From the NCBI GenBank assembly GCA_003645085.1, contig QNEE01000001.1:1282-65281 (forward strand): 64,000 nucleotides of DNA, read 5' to 3'. Origin of the DNA: a bacterium. Lineage in GTDB: Bacteria; UBP14; UBA6098. The translations under genes were made by a program, and so were the position numbers. The notes under the pieces were generated by a model. The model was not told where the DNA came from and made no database searches. It saw nothing but the letters and a program-made list of their open reading frames with translations. Below are positions 28,502 to 37,866 of the stretch, piece after piece. Position 1 is the first letter of the stretch, and the number at the start of each line of letters is the position of its first letter.

Positions 28502-29160
28502 GCCAGTTTCACTCCGTTCACTATAAGCTCGAATTTTGCGCCGAGATATTCTGCCGCCGACTTGCAGGCGTTCATCCGGTCGAGAAATATCTCGAAATAC
28601 TCCATCACCGAAGAAACCTTCGGGTCGATAAGTAGTTCTACCCCGATTATTTCCCCCTCGTTTTTAACATAGAGGTCGCTGTTCGTAACCGCGTAGTTCA
28701 CCCTGTCGTGAATATCCGAGATAATATCTCCCGTAGCTCGAACACGGCTTTTATGGACATCCGACTTATCGGCAAGAACGAGCGCGGCGGCAATATCCGA
28801 AACCGGGTCACCCTCGCCCTCGTGATGGTTGCCGATTGCCCCGATTATTTTATGAACCTCCGCGAACGGCATTCCAAGGCGAACTAATATGGACTTCGCG
28901 AGAATAGCTCCGGTAATCGCATGGTGTATCCGGTTTACCGAATTACCTATGTCGTGCAGGTGCGCCGCAATAGCGGCCAATTCGGCGGTCCGGTCGTCCC
29001 GCCCGATTTCCAGAAGCAATTTCTTTGCCCTTTCCGCGACAACATCGAGGTGTCGGTCGCCATGCTCTGTGTAGCCTATTTCCCCGAGATTATCGTTGGA
29101 TACTCTGATTAAATCTACGACCTCCGGGTCGCTTCGGACTATATCGTAAGTAATTTCCAT
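28498..29160 (-). CDS. HD-domain (HDIG-type) phosphohydrolase.
   Basis: H...HD motif (AAHLHDIGNSV...), 220 aa. Confidence 0.7.
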   Translation of the reverse strand: MEITYDIVRSDPEVVDLIRVSNDNLGEIGYTEHGDRHLDVVAERAKKLLLEIGRDDRTAELAAIAAHLHDIGNSVNRIHHAITGAILAKSILVRLGMPFAEVHKIIGAIGNHHEGEGDPVSDIAAALVLADKSDVHKSRVRATGDIISDIHDRVNYAVTNSDLYVKNEGEIIGVELLIDPKVSSVMEYFEIFLDRMNACKSAAEYLGAKFELIVNGVKLA

Positions 29161-29470
29161 TATTTTTACCTCGTTTTCAAAGGAGGCTGTTAAAATAGGC
29201 CTTTATTTGTAGTGTGTCAAGTCGTAACCGGACTAAGCGGTTTCCCAAAAATTTAATCCGAGCGGATTTTAGGTAAAAATTAATCGCCTGTTGTATAAAC
29301 AAAACTAAAGCAAATGTTATACCCATTTACCCGACAAATATCCTAATTTATTTCTTGCTTTCCACGAAAAGAAACTTATATTGATTTGATTTTCTCCGTA
29401 AATACGACCGAGGAAAGGCCTATTTTTTAGCTATTACGGCAGTTGTCGAAACTGATAATTAGGAATATAA

Positions 29471-30796
29471 ATGTTCGACCAGCTTACAGAAAAAATCGAA
29501 TCGGTTTTCAGAGGACTTACCTCGCGCGGACGTCTTTCCGAAAATAATATCCGCGACTCGTTAAAGGAAGTCCGAAGGGCGCTTCTCGCCGCGGACACGA
29601 ATTTCAGAGTCGCGAAGGAATTTATAGAGCGCGTTCAAGAAAAGGCTATCGGCAAAGAGGTCCTCGAGTCCATTACACCCGGACAACAGGTTATAAAGAT
29701 AGTCCACGACGAGTTGGTCGAACTTCTCGGAGGACAGGCCGTAAATGTCGAGTTGCCGCGCAAAACCCCGACTAACATTATACTAGTGGGGCTTCAGGGC
29801 TCGGGTAAAACTACTACCGCCGGTAAACTCGCTAAATTTTTCGCGAGGCGTCAGTTCAAACCGATGTTGGTCGCATGCGATATCCATCGTCCAGCGGCGG
29901 CGAAGCAACTCGAAATCGTCGGGAAACAAACCGGATTTCCAACATCGACCTTCATCGAAGGCGAATCGCCGCTGGACACCGCAAATCGGGCTCAGTTCGA
30001 GGCACGACAATCGGCGCGCGATTTATTAATTCTCGATACCGCCGGAAGGTTACATATCGACGAAGCTATGATGGCCGAAGCGTGCGAACTTGCCGAAGGA
30101 GTAAAACCCGACCTCGTTCTTCTCGTACTCGACGCTATGACCGGACAGGAAGCGGTTTCGGTAGGTGAGGCATTTACTAAAACTCTCGGCGTGGACGGTT
30201 TTATTCTTACAAAGCTCGATGGTGATGCACGCGGCGGGGCCGCTCTCAGTATTCGGGAAGTTACCGGAAAACCGATTTTCTTTACAGGAACCGGCGAAAG
30301 ATTCGACGCTCTCGAGCTTTTCCACCCCGACCGGATGGCAAACAGAATTCTTGGGATGGGAGACGTCGTTTCGTTGGTCGAGAAAGCCGAAAAGACGTTC
30401 GACGAAAAGAAAGCTCGGGAACTGGAACGTAAACTCCGCAAACAGCGTTTCGATTTAAACGATTTTCGAGAGCAACTTCGGCAACTTAAAAAGATGGGCC
30501 CGCTGGACGACCTTCTCGCGATGATTCCGGGCATTAAAAAATCTATGCTGAAAGGGATGAACACCGACGAAAGCGCAATCAAACGTATCGAGGCGATTAT
30601 CGATAGTATGACGGATAAGGAGCGAACCGAACCGGCGATAATAGACGGAAGCAGACGAAAACGTATCGCCGCCGGTAGCGGAACGTCGGTTCAGGAAGTC
30701 AATCGTCTTTTGAGACAATTTTTCGAGATGAAAAAAATGTTCAAAAAAATGAACCGCGGAGGGAAAATACTTATGCCCTCGGGGCTCAGATTCTAA
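29471..30796 (+). CDS. ffh: Signal recognition particle protein Ffh.
   Basis: MFDQLTEKIESVFRGLTSRGRLSE..., GTPase motifs GLQGSGKTTT, DTAGR, TKLDG. M-domain with Met-rich C-terminus. Confidence 0.95.
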   Translation: MFDQLTEKIESVFRGLTSRGRLSENNIRDSLKEVRRALLAADTNFRVAKEFIERVQEKAIGKEVLESITPGQQVIKIVHDELVELLGGQAVNVELPRKTPTNIILVGLQGSGKTTTAGKLAKFFARRQFKPMLVACDIHRPAAAKQLEIVGKQTGFPTSTFIEGESPLDTANRAQFEARQSARDLLILDTAGRLHIDEAMMAEACELAEGVKPDLVLLVLDAMTGQEAVSVGEAFTKTLGVDGFILTKLDGDARGGAALSIREVTGKPIFFTGTGERFDALELFHPDRMANRILGMGDVVSLVEKAEKTFDEKKARELERKLRKQRFDLNDFREQLRQLKKMGPLDDLLAMIPGIKKSMLKGMNTDESAIKRIEAIIDSMTDKERTEPAIIDGSRRKRIAAGSGTSVQEVNRLLRQFFEMKKMFKKMNRGGKILMPSGLRF

Positions 30797-30832
30797 TCGA
30801 TAATACAACGTCGAACAAAACGGAGGTAAAAC

Positions 30833-31183
30833 TTGGCAGTTCGTATCAGACTCAGAAGACAGGGAAAGAAAAAACAACCGTTCTACAGAATTGTCGCGGC
30901 GGATTCCCGCTCTCCGCGCGATGGCCGTTTCCTGGAAATTATAGGGCACTATAATCCTCTTCCGGAAACCGAAGTAATAGAAGTAAAAAGAGACCGCCTG
31001 ATATACTGGTTGAAGGAAGGCGCTCAACCGACAGAAACTATAAAGAACTTACTTAAGCGAAAAGGTATCTGGGAAGATATTATAGCGGAGGTCAAACCAC
31101 CCAAAATTCGCAAAAAAACAGAAACCGAACCTCAAGAGGCCACCGGTGAGGATGTGACTGAAGCACCTGAACAGGAGGCCTGA
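30833..31183 (+). CDS. rpsP: 30S ribosomal protein S16, TTG start, with a ~35-aa charged C-terminal extension.
   Basis: (M)[49 protein letters not shown] 6 nt upstream of TTG. Confidence 0.9.
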   Translation: MAVRIRLRRQGKKKQPFYRIVAADSRSPRDGRFLEIIGHYNPLPETEVIEVKRDRLIYWLKEGAQPTETIKNLLKRKGIWEDIIAEVKPPKIRKKTETEPQEATGEDVTEAPEQEA

Positions 31184-31208
31184 ACTTACAGAAGGAGAAG
31201 TGGGTAAA

Positions 31209-31439
31209 ATGAAGGAATTCATCGAGACTATCGCGAGAGCTCTGGTCGATAACCCGGATGAGGTCGATGTCCGCGAGGTCTCCGGGGAGAAGACTATCGT
31301 CTACGAACTCCGCGTTAACGAGAGCGACCTCGGCAAGGTTATAGGACGCGGTGGCCAGACTGCTCGTTCTATTCGCACCCTGCTGAGCGCCGTATCAGCA
31401 AAAATGGGTAAACGCGCGGTTCTGGAGATAATCGAATAG
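31209..31439 (+). CDS. KH-domain RNA-binding protein (YlqC/UPF0109 family). The ORF track starts at GTG 31200; the ATG at 31209 is preferred because of RBS spacing.
   Basis: …[16 protein letters not shown]… KH motif. Conserved position between rpsP and trmD. Confidence 0.8.
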   Translation: MKEFIETIARALVDNPDEVDVREVSGEKTIVYELRVNESDLGKVIGRGGQTARSIRTLLSAVSAKMGKRAVLEIIE

Positions 31440-31441
31440 AA

Positions 31442-32176
31442 TTGCGAATAGCGGCGCTAACCCTTTTCCCGGGTCTTTTCGAGACCTACAAGAGTGAAGG
31501 GCTTTTCGATAGGGCGGTAAATGCCGGCCTCGTGGACCTGACCGCGGTAGATATACGGGATTTCACTCTCGATAAACACCGGACGGCCGACGATATACCC
31601 TACGGCGGCGGACCGGGGATGGTAATGAAACCCGAGCCTGTAGTCCGCGCTGTGGAATCTCTCGGCGAGGACTTCGCCGGTGCCCGGACAATTATAATGA
31701 GCCCGCGAGGGTCTTTATTCACTCAGTCCGATGCGGAGGAGTTAAGCTTATGTTCCTCTATGGTGCTTATCTGTGGCCGATACAAGGGTATCGACGAGAG
31801 GGTTGCCGAGATTATCGGAGCTACCGAAATATCTGTTGGAGATTATATACTCGGTGCTGGTGAAATCGCTGCGCTGGCTGTTATAGATTCTGTCGTCAGG
31901 TTGATTCCGGGTTACCTCGGGGATATAGAATCCGCAGAGTCGGATTCGCTCGGTGCCCCTAACAGGCTGCTTTCGGCGCCCGAATATACTCGACCGCGAG
32001 AGTTCAGGGGACTGGGAGTCCCCGAAGTATTATTATCCGGCAACCACGCAGCTATCGAGAAATGGAAAAGACGGGAATCGTTGAGGATAACGTTAGAACG
32101 ACGACCGGAAATTCTCGAAAAAGCCGACCTTAGCGATGAAGAACGTCGCTATTTAGAAGGTTTGAAAAAACAATAA
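31442..32176 (+). CDS. trmD: tRNA (guanine37-N1)-methyltransferase, TTG start.
   Basis: (M)RIAALTLFPGLFE..., SPOUT/TrmD signature. Starts immediately after the KH gene. rimM is absent between the KH gene and trmD. Confidence 0.9.
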   Translation: MRIAALTLFPGLFETYKSEGLFDRAVNAGLVDLTAVDIRDFTLDKHRTADDIPYGGGPGMVMKPEPVVRAVESLGEDFAGARTIIMSPRGSLFTQSDAEELSLCSSMVLICGRYKGIDERVAEIIGATEISVGDYILGAGEIAALAVIDSVVRLIPGYLGDIESAESDSLGAPNRLLSAPEYTRPREFRGLGVPEVLLSGNHAAIEKWKRRESLRITLERRPEILEKADLSDEERRYLEGLKKQ

Positions 32177-32229
32177 ACAGTTATATATACCGAATTACTT
32201 GCTATCAACGAAATGAGGAGGAGATAACG

Positions 32230-35200
32230 ATGAAACCGAGGTGCATTTTTATTCTGTTTTTCTTATCGGCTTTGTCCATCGTCGGGTCGGTTACGTTTTC
32301 TAATCTCGGCGAGGAGTTTTTCCTTTGCTATCCTGGTAACGCCTGTCGCGAAACCGGAGGTAACCCGGTTCCGTTTTACAACGGTCAGATAATCCTGACA
32401 TCGACAGTCGCGACTATCGGGACTGTCCAGACGCGCACAGGGAGTTTTCTGGAGGAATTTACGATTCCGGCTTACGGAACCGCTACTGTCAGTATCGACT
32501 CTACGTTATGGCTCAGAAACTCCGAATATGTTTATGACCGTGGATTATCGATACGGGCGGCGGATACTATCGCGGCTTATTTTCTGTCATACGAGGAGCC
32601 GGGAGCTACAAACGATATGACTTTACTATTTCCGGTTCAGAGCCTTGGACAAGAGTATCTCGTTATGTGTTGGCGGGACAATATACCAACCTCCGGTTAT
32701 TTCCCGCACATTTTGAACCACGGCCCGAGTATGTTTGCTATTGTGGCGCCGTTCGATGGGACGCATATAACAATTACACCCTCGGTAACCACAGAGGGCG
32801 GTCATGCTGCCGGCGTTCCGTTCGATATTACTCTCGACGCCTACGAGGCATATCAGGTTCTGGCGAATTCGCCTTCGATTAGCGACCTTTACGACCTTAC
32901 GGGTTCGGAGATATTAGCCGACAAACCTGTAGCGGTATTTGCTGGTAGCCAACTCGCGTTTGTCCCGGATACGATTTTTGCGGCGGACTATCTTATCGAA
33001 CAAATCCCGCCTTTGACGGCGTGGGGTAAGAATTTCAACGCTTTCCCAATCGAGGGCAGGAATTGTTGGGAAAAGGATGTTCTAAAGATACTCGCTTCAG
33101 AAGATGCTACAACGGTTAATCTGGAAGATGCAAGCGGCGACACGATTATTCACCTCGACCGTGGAGAGTATTTCGAATGGAATGGTTATCCGTGCGACCC
33201 GGGGAATTACGTTCCTCTCGGCGGTTACGCCGCGGACTGCGAGGGTAAATTAATGGACAGCCCGACACGTATCGAATCCGATAAACCTATTCTTGTAGGG
33301 CAATTTATTACTGGCGGTGTCCTGACGAAATGCAATCCCGGTATATCCGGCTCGGGAAGCACGCCCTATGGCGACCCGGCATATATGATGATTCCTCCGG
33401 CGGAGCAATACGGCAAGCGATACGTATTCCTTATTCCCCCCGGCTACACTAACGACTATCTGAATGTCGCGATAGAGGGTGGTTACGAGGGGACGGTTAC
33501 GTTGGACGGCGGTCCGCCGACCTTCAGCACGAGCTGGTTCGATATCCCTTCGACTTCTATGCGCGGGGCACGTATCGAGGTCGACCCCGGAAACCACGTG
33601 CTTTTGGCCGATACGACTATGCTCCTGCAGATTTACGCATTCGACGACTACTGGGCGTCATACGCTGCTGTCGGCGGTCAGAAAATAGCGATAATCAACG
33701 CGGCATACGAGATAGTTAAATTCTGCGAATTAACACCTGCAATAAGCGGCTATAATACGCGGTGGCGCATAGTGTTAAGGCAGGTTATCGGGACAGGTTC
33801 GCATTCTATTACTATAGGCGATACTCTCCCGCCGGACTTTACTTTAAGTTCGACGCCCGTCGATATACAGCTTTTCGGTTCCGCGACACGCGATTCCGTT
33901 CTCGAACCGGTTCCGGGGGATAGTATCCTCGTATGGGGCTGGTTCAGTATGGAGGCTGAAGACTCGATAGTCATTACGTTCGACGCCGACATTCTCATCG
34001 GTGTCGAGGGCAGATTCGACAACGGCGTCTGGATAGCGAACGAATATGGCCTAAAAGCGGATAACGCTTACGGCTTGATGGACAGTCTCGACGATGTAGT
34101 CGTAATTATGCCTCCGATGCCTATCGCTGACGCTGGACCGGACACCTTTACAATGGCCGGAACGAGTATAAATATCGGCGGAAGCCCGACCGCGAGCAGC
34201 GGCACACCGCCATATATAATCGAGTGGACGAGCGACCCTGTCGGTTTCACCAGCAGCGACGCCAACCCGCTGGTTTCGCCCGCGGGATTAACCGAATATA
34301 TCGTTTGTGTAACGGATTCATTCGGGTTCTTCGATTACGACTCCTGCATTGTCGATATCACTATGGAAGAGAGGCATATCGAGTTCGGGATTGCCGACGG
34401 TTATCCGTGCGACATTGTGTATATCCCGCTCTATATCGATAGTATTCACTACTGTAGTATCGATAGTGCATGGATGCGTTTCGCGGTGGACCCGGATATT
34501 CTTACTCCTACGAATATTATTGTCTCGGGAACGATGACGGACGCGTGGGCAGTCTCCGGATTGAATATCGACGCGACATCGGGAACTATCGAGGCCTGGA
34601 TTCACGGCCCGAGGCTCGCCGATTTACCGGGAGGGATTCTGCTTATGCTGGAGGCGAGTATCGATTGTGAGGCTATCGGCGGAACGAGCAGCCCGGTCGT
34701 GGTGGACAGTTTCTTTTTCAACGACGGCCAACCGGCGGTAACCTGGTCACCCGGAATGTGTTTCGTGCAGCTTACGCCGGCACGTTTTTCCTGTGATATC
34801 AGACTCAATCGAACATCGGGGGTTCCGACGGAAGACAATGTGTTCACTATCGGTGCTACACACGCCGCTACCGACGGTTACGACGCCGGTCTCGACTGGA
34901 TTCTCGTGCCCGCACCTGCAACGTTCGTTCAGGGATTGCTGGATATCGACGACACGTTAAATCCGCATATCGAGGCGCTTCGGAAAGATATGCGTGATGT
35001 TTCTCCGCCCAAAACATGGCTTCTTATAACCGAGGGCGAGTCGAACGGCGTTGCACGGTGGTCGCCGGCGAGCTTGCCTGAAGGAGTTTTCCGTATCGAC
35101 GGCCTTGTCGATATGAAACGTGATACGATGATTTATTTCGGCCTCGACGATACGCTCGTCATAGAGTGGCTTGTGCCGGAATTGGAATCGGCAGGATTGA

Positions 35201-36282
35201 CGCTCTATTCCGGCTGGAATATGGTCAGCAGCCCGGTTCATCCGGCCGAGATACCGGCTAACGAGATATTCCACACAGAGTTTGGTGTGTTCCGCTATCT
35301 CAGTTTGGCGTGTTGTTATGATTTCGCCGACCTTATTCAGCGGGGAGAGGGCTATTGGGTCTGGTGTCCGGCGGAAACGACTATCTATATAGCGGGTAGC
35401 GAGATAACCGGTTATCGCTGGTCGGTCTATCGTGGGTGGAACCTTATCGGCGCGCCAAAAGAATGCGTATCGACTGCGGATATCGATATTACGCCGTCCG
35501 GCGGGATTCTCGGCGATATATATCATTGGGACGGCTCGACCTACATCGCTGTCGATTCGCTTTGCCCGGGCAAAGGTTACTGGCTGTTGAGCAACAACGA
35601 GGGAATATTACACGTTCCGACGGGGTATCGCCGGAGACCGTCTCCCGTTCCGGAAACTGTCTGGGAAACGGCGTTGACGCTTAAATTCGGCGATTCGATA
35701 GAACGGCTTTCGATTGGTTACGCGCCGGACGCTGCTTCGGGTCTCGGTTACGGCGATATCGCGCTGCCACCGGTTCCGCCGAATTCGGATGGTTACCTAT
35801 GTGCGCTTGTCGCCGACGGCATCCAGCTTGAGAGAGACTTATCGCCGGACAATCGTTGGGAATTGAATAACACGGAACAATGTGATATGAGTTTGGATAT
35901 CCCGGACGATATGAATATTCTTGTCGACGGTATCGAGATTACAGATGGTGTTCCTGTTCCACTTTCTGTCGGACGGCATATAATAGTCGCGTTAGCGGAG
36001 CGTCCGGAGAAATTCGCGGTTCTCGGTTGCGTTCCTAATCCGTTTAACGCGCAGACGGATATTGTAGTTGCGATTCCCCATAATGGGGCTGTTTTCGTGG
36101 AGATGTTCGACCTTTCGGGGCGCTCGGTATGGAGTGCCGAAAGCGATTATCCCGCCGGTATTGTCCGAATACCCTGGAAGGGTGAAGACCACACCGGTGC
36201 CGGAGTTTCGACCGGCCTTTATCTTGCCCGCGTTACATTCGCGGACGAGTCGATTGTCGTGAAGGCGATGTTTATAAAATAA
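32230..36282 (+). CDS. Large (1350 aa) secreted cell-surface protein with PKD/Ig-like region and T9SS C-terminal domain.
   Basis: Signal peptide MKPRCIFILFFLSALSIVGS. Internal PKD-like segment (…PIADAGPDTFTMAGTSINIGGSPTASSGTPPYIIEWTSDP…). C-terminus …VPNPFNAQTDIVVAIPHNGAVFVEMFDLSGRSVW…GLYLARVTF…KAMFIK is a T9SS CTD. AGGAGG RBS. Confidence 0.75.
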   Translation: MKPRCIFILFFLSALSIVGSVTFSNLGEEFFLCYPGNACRETGGNPVPFYNGQIILTSTVATIGTVQTRTGSFLEEFTIPAYGTATVSIDSTLWLRNSEYVYDRGLSIRAADTIAAYFLSYEEPGATNDMTLLFPVQSLGQEYLVMCWRDNIPTSGYFPHILNHGPSMFAIVAPFDGTHITITPSVTTEGGHAAGVPFDITLDAYEAYQVLANSPSISDLYDLTGSEILADKPVAVFAGSQLAFVPDTIFAADYLIEQIPPLTAWGKNFNAFPIEGRNCWEKDVLKILASEDATTVNLEDASGDTIIHLDRGEYFEWNGYPCDPGNYVPLGGYAADCEGKLMDSPTRIESDKPILVGQFITGGVLTKCNPGISGSGSTPYGDPAYMMIPPAEQYGKRYVFLIPPGYTNDYLNVAIEGGYEGTVTLDGGPPTFSTSWFDIPSTSMRGARIEVDPGNHVLLADTTMLLQIYAFDDYWASYAAVGGQKIAIINAAYEIVKFCELTPAISGYNTRWRIVLRQVIGTGSHSITIGDTLPPDFTLSSTPVDIQLFGSATRDSVLEPVPGDSILVWGWFSMEAEDSIVITFDADILIGVEGRFDNGVWIANEYGLKADNAYGLMDSLDDVVVIMPPMPIADAGPDTFTMAGTSINIGGSPTASSGTPPYIIEWTSDPVGFTSSDANPLVSPAGLTEYIVCVTDSFGFFDYDSCIVDITMEERHIEFGIADGYPCDIVYIPLYIDSIHYCSIDSAWMRFAVDPDILTPTNIIVSGTMTDAWAVSGLNIDATSGTIEAWIHGPRLADLPGGILLMLEASIDCEAIGGTSSPVVVDSFFFNDGQPAVTWSPGMCFVQLTPARFSCDIRLNRTSGVPTEDNVFTIGATHAATDGYDAGLDWILVPAPATFVQGLLDIDDTLNPHIEALRKDMRDVSPPKTWLLITEGESNGVARWSPASLPEGVFRIDGLVDMKRDTMIYFGLDDTLVIEWLVPELESAGLTLYSGWNMVSSPVHPAEIPANEIFHTEFGVFRYLSLACCYDFADLIQRGEGYWVWCPAETTIYIAGSEITGYRWSVYRGWNLIGAPKECVSTADIDITPSGGILGDIYHWDGSTYIAVDSLCPGKGYWLLSNNEGILHVPTGYRRRPSPVPETVWETALTLKFGDSIERLSIGYAPDAASGLGYGDIALPPVPPNSDGYLCALVADGIQLERDLSPDNRWELNNTEQCDMSLDIPDDMNILVDGIEITDGVPVPLSVGRHIIVALAERPEKFAVLGCVPNPFNAQTDIVVAIPHNGAVFVEMFDLSGRSVWSAESDYPAGIVRIPWKGEDHTGAGVSTGLYLARVTFADESIVVKAMFIK

Positions 36283-36439
36283 GGGGATGCACCCGAAACT
36301 GCCCGGGGTGTGGGAGAAAAAAGGCGACCACACAGGGCCGTCTATTTTTCAATTAGTCGCGCGGCTCCGGCTACGCAACGCAATTGCGCGATAATCTAGT
36401 AGGTCGAGCGTATCGCTCGACTGCGCGTGATGCAGCCAC

Positions 36440-37788
36440 ACATAGTAAGACCCAATATTTACTAGGGCAATTAGAAATGGATGGGTCGATTACTTCCACA
36501 ACCATATCCTTGTCAAACTGTTTTCTTATGCATTGGTGTCTTCGCGAGGAGGTCATACAAGCGCTATCGAGAGAATCCGAGAAGACATAGAGCGATTAAA
36601 ACGAGAGCTCCAAAAATGATAACAAAACCAATTCAACGCAATCTTTTTGGTGAAGAACTCGTAATCGTTCCGGAAACGGAAGGCATTAAGTATGCAGGCT
36701 CGAAGCTCAAACTGATTCCTCATATCATTGAACTCGTCCGTGAGACGAATGCCAAAACCATCTTGGATGGATTTTCTGGAACTACTAGGGTGTCGCAAGC
36801 ACTGTCCCAGTTGGGTTATAGAATTATCGCGAATGATGTAGCAATATGGTCGAGGATTTTTAGTATTTGCTATTTGCTGAATAAACGCCCTAGAAGTTAC
36901 TACGAAAGCATTATTGCTCATTTAAATTCTTTATCTCCCAAGTATGGATGGTTCACGGAAAATTATGGAGGAGAACCAAACAACGGTTCTGCCTTACAGA
37001 AAGACGGTTTCAAAAAGCCCTGGCAAATACATAACACAATGAAATTAGATGCAATTCGTGAAGAAATTGAACGGATGGAATTAGACGAAATTACGAAAGC
37101 GGTCTTGTTAACGAGTCTTATCCTTGCTCTCGACTCCGTGGACAGCACAATTGGCCATTACTCCTCTTATTTAAGCAAATGGTCGCCGAGGTCTTACAAT
37201 CGAATGGTGTTGAGGGTGCCTAAAGTAATCGAGCAAAAGGAAGAGCATGTCGTCTTTCAGAATGATATATTTGAACTTCTTGATAAGATAGAAGCTGATA
37301 TAGCCTATTTTGACCCGCCCTATGGGTCAAATAATGAAAAAATGCCGCCATCGAGAGTAAGATACTCTTCGTATTATCATATTTGGACGACAATTATCCT
37401 GAATGACAGGCCGAAACTCTTTGGGAGGGCTAGGAGGAGGTGTGATACGTCCGACACTGTGGCAGCCTCTGTGTTTGAAGAGTTTAGGAGAAATCCTGCA
37501 ACTGGCAGATTTATTGCGGTAGAGGCGATAGAACGTATGATTACGCAAATTAAGGCAAAATACGTTATTTTATCTTATAGTTCGGGTGGACGAGCAACTG
37601 CAGAAGACCTACAAGATTCTATAAAAAAGGTCGGGAAATTACAGAAGGTTGTTGAAGTGAATTATCAGAAAAATGTGATGGCTTGTATGAAATGGACAAA
37701 TGAGTGGATACGGGAAGCAGAAAAACCTCATCGGGAGTTCTTATTTCTTATAGAAAAGTAATGTCTAACAAAGCCTTACGCCTAACTT
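36440..37788 (+). mobile_element. Low-GC genomic islet carrying an orphan Dam-like DNA methyltransferase (horizontally acquired; no integrase or transposase seen).
   Basis: Visibly AT-richer (~40% GC by eye) than the flanking ~58% GC genes. Bounded on the right by the 44-bp repeat copy A. Confidence 0.4.
36616..37761 (+). CDS. DNA adenine methyltransferase, alpha-class (Dam/D12-like), apparently orphan. Start assigned to ATG 36616; the ORF track starts at 36481.
   Basis: N-terminal Dam-like SAM-binding region (IKYAGSKLKLIP…ILDGFSGTTRVSQAL, compare Dam KWAGGK…FVGAGSV) and downstream catalytic motif FDPPYGS (DPPY). Confidence 0.75.
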   Translation: MITKPIQRNLFGEELVIVPETEGIKYAGSKLKLIPHIIELVRETNAKTILDGFSGTTRVSQALSQLGYRIIANDVAIWSRIFSICYLLNKRPRSYYESIIAHLNSLSPKYGWFTENYGGEPNNGSALQKDGFKKPWQIHNTMKLDAIREEIERMELDEITKAVLLTSLILALDSVDSTIGHYSSYLSKWSPRSYNRMVLRVPKVIEQKEEHVVFQNDIFELLDKIEADIAYFDPPYGSNNEKMPPSRVRYSSYYHIWTTIILNDRPKLFGRARRRCDTSDTVAASVFEEFRRNPATGRFIAVEAIERMITQIKAKYVILSYSSGGRATAEDLQDSIKKVGKLQKVVEVNYQKNVMACMKWTNEWIREAEKPHREFLFLIEK

Positions 37789-37832
37789 CTATTCCGCCGG
37801 CGCTTTATAGCGGCAGGTGAGCTTAGTCGTTG
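37789..37832 (+). repeat. 44-bp repeat copy A (ctattccgccggcgctttatagcggcaggtgagcttagtcgttg), 27 bp downstream of the Dam-like MTase stop.
   Basis: 40/44 identical to the reverse complement of 47068-47111. Confidence 0.8.
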
Positions 37833-37866
37833 TGTAACGAGAATAAGGCAAAAAACCGAGATAACT

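Noticed and set aside
29161-29470. 310-bp AT-rich divergent region between the HD-domain gene and ffh, considered as a possible ncRNA (e.g. SRP RNA) locus.
   Set aside because: No conserved SRP RNA or riboswitch motifs are recognisable. It is most simply a pair of divergent promoters.
29992-30582. 196-aa ORF antisense to ffh, and the similar antisense ORFs 26505-27329 (inside lnt), 39059-39644 (inside the permease gene) and 45014-45669 (inside lptF/G).
   Set aside because: They overlap well-supported conserved genes on the opposite strand. Their composition is Ser/Arg-rich and typical of antisense frames.
36283-36360. Possible left-end copy of the 44-bp repeat at the Dam islet, tested as terminal inverted repeats of a mobile cassette.
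   Set aside because: No convincing match to the 44-mer was found on the left side of the Dam islet. Only GC-rich hairpins that act as a terminator for the 1350-aa gene are present. The TIR-transposon interpretation is not supported for this islet.
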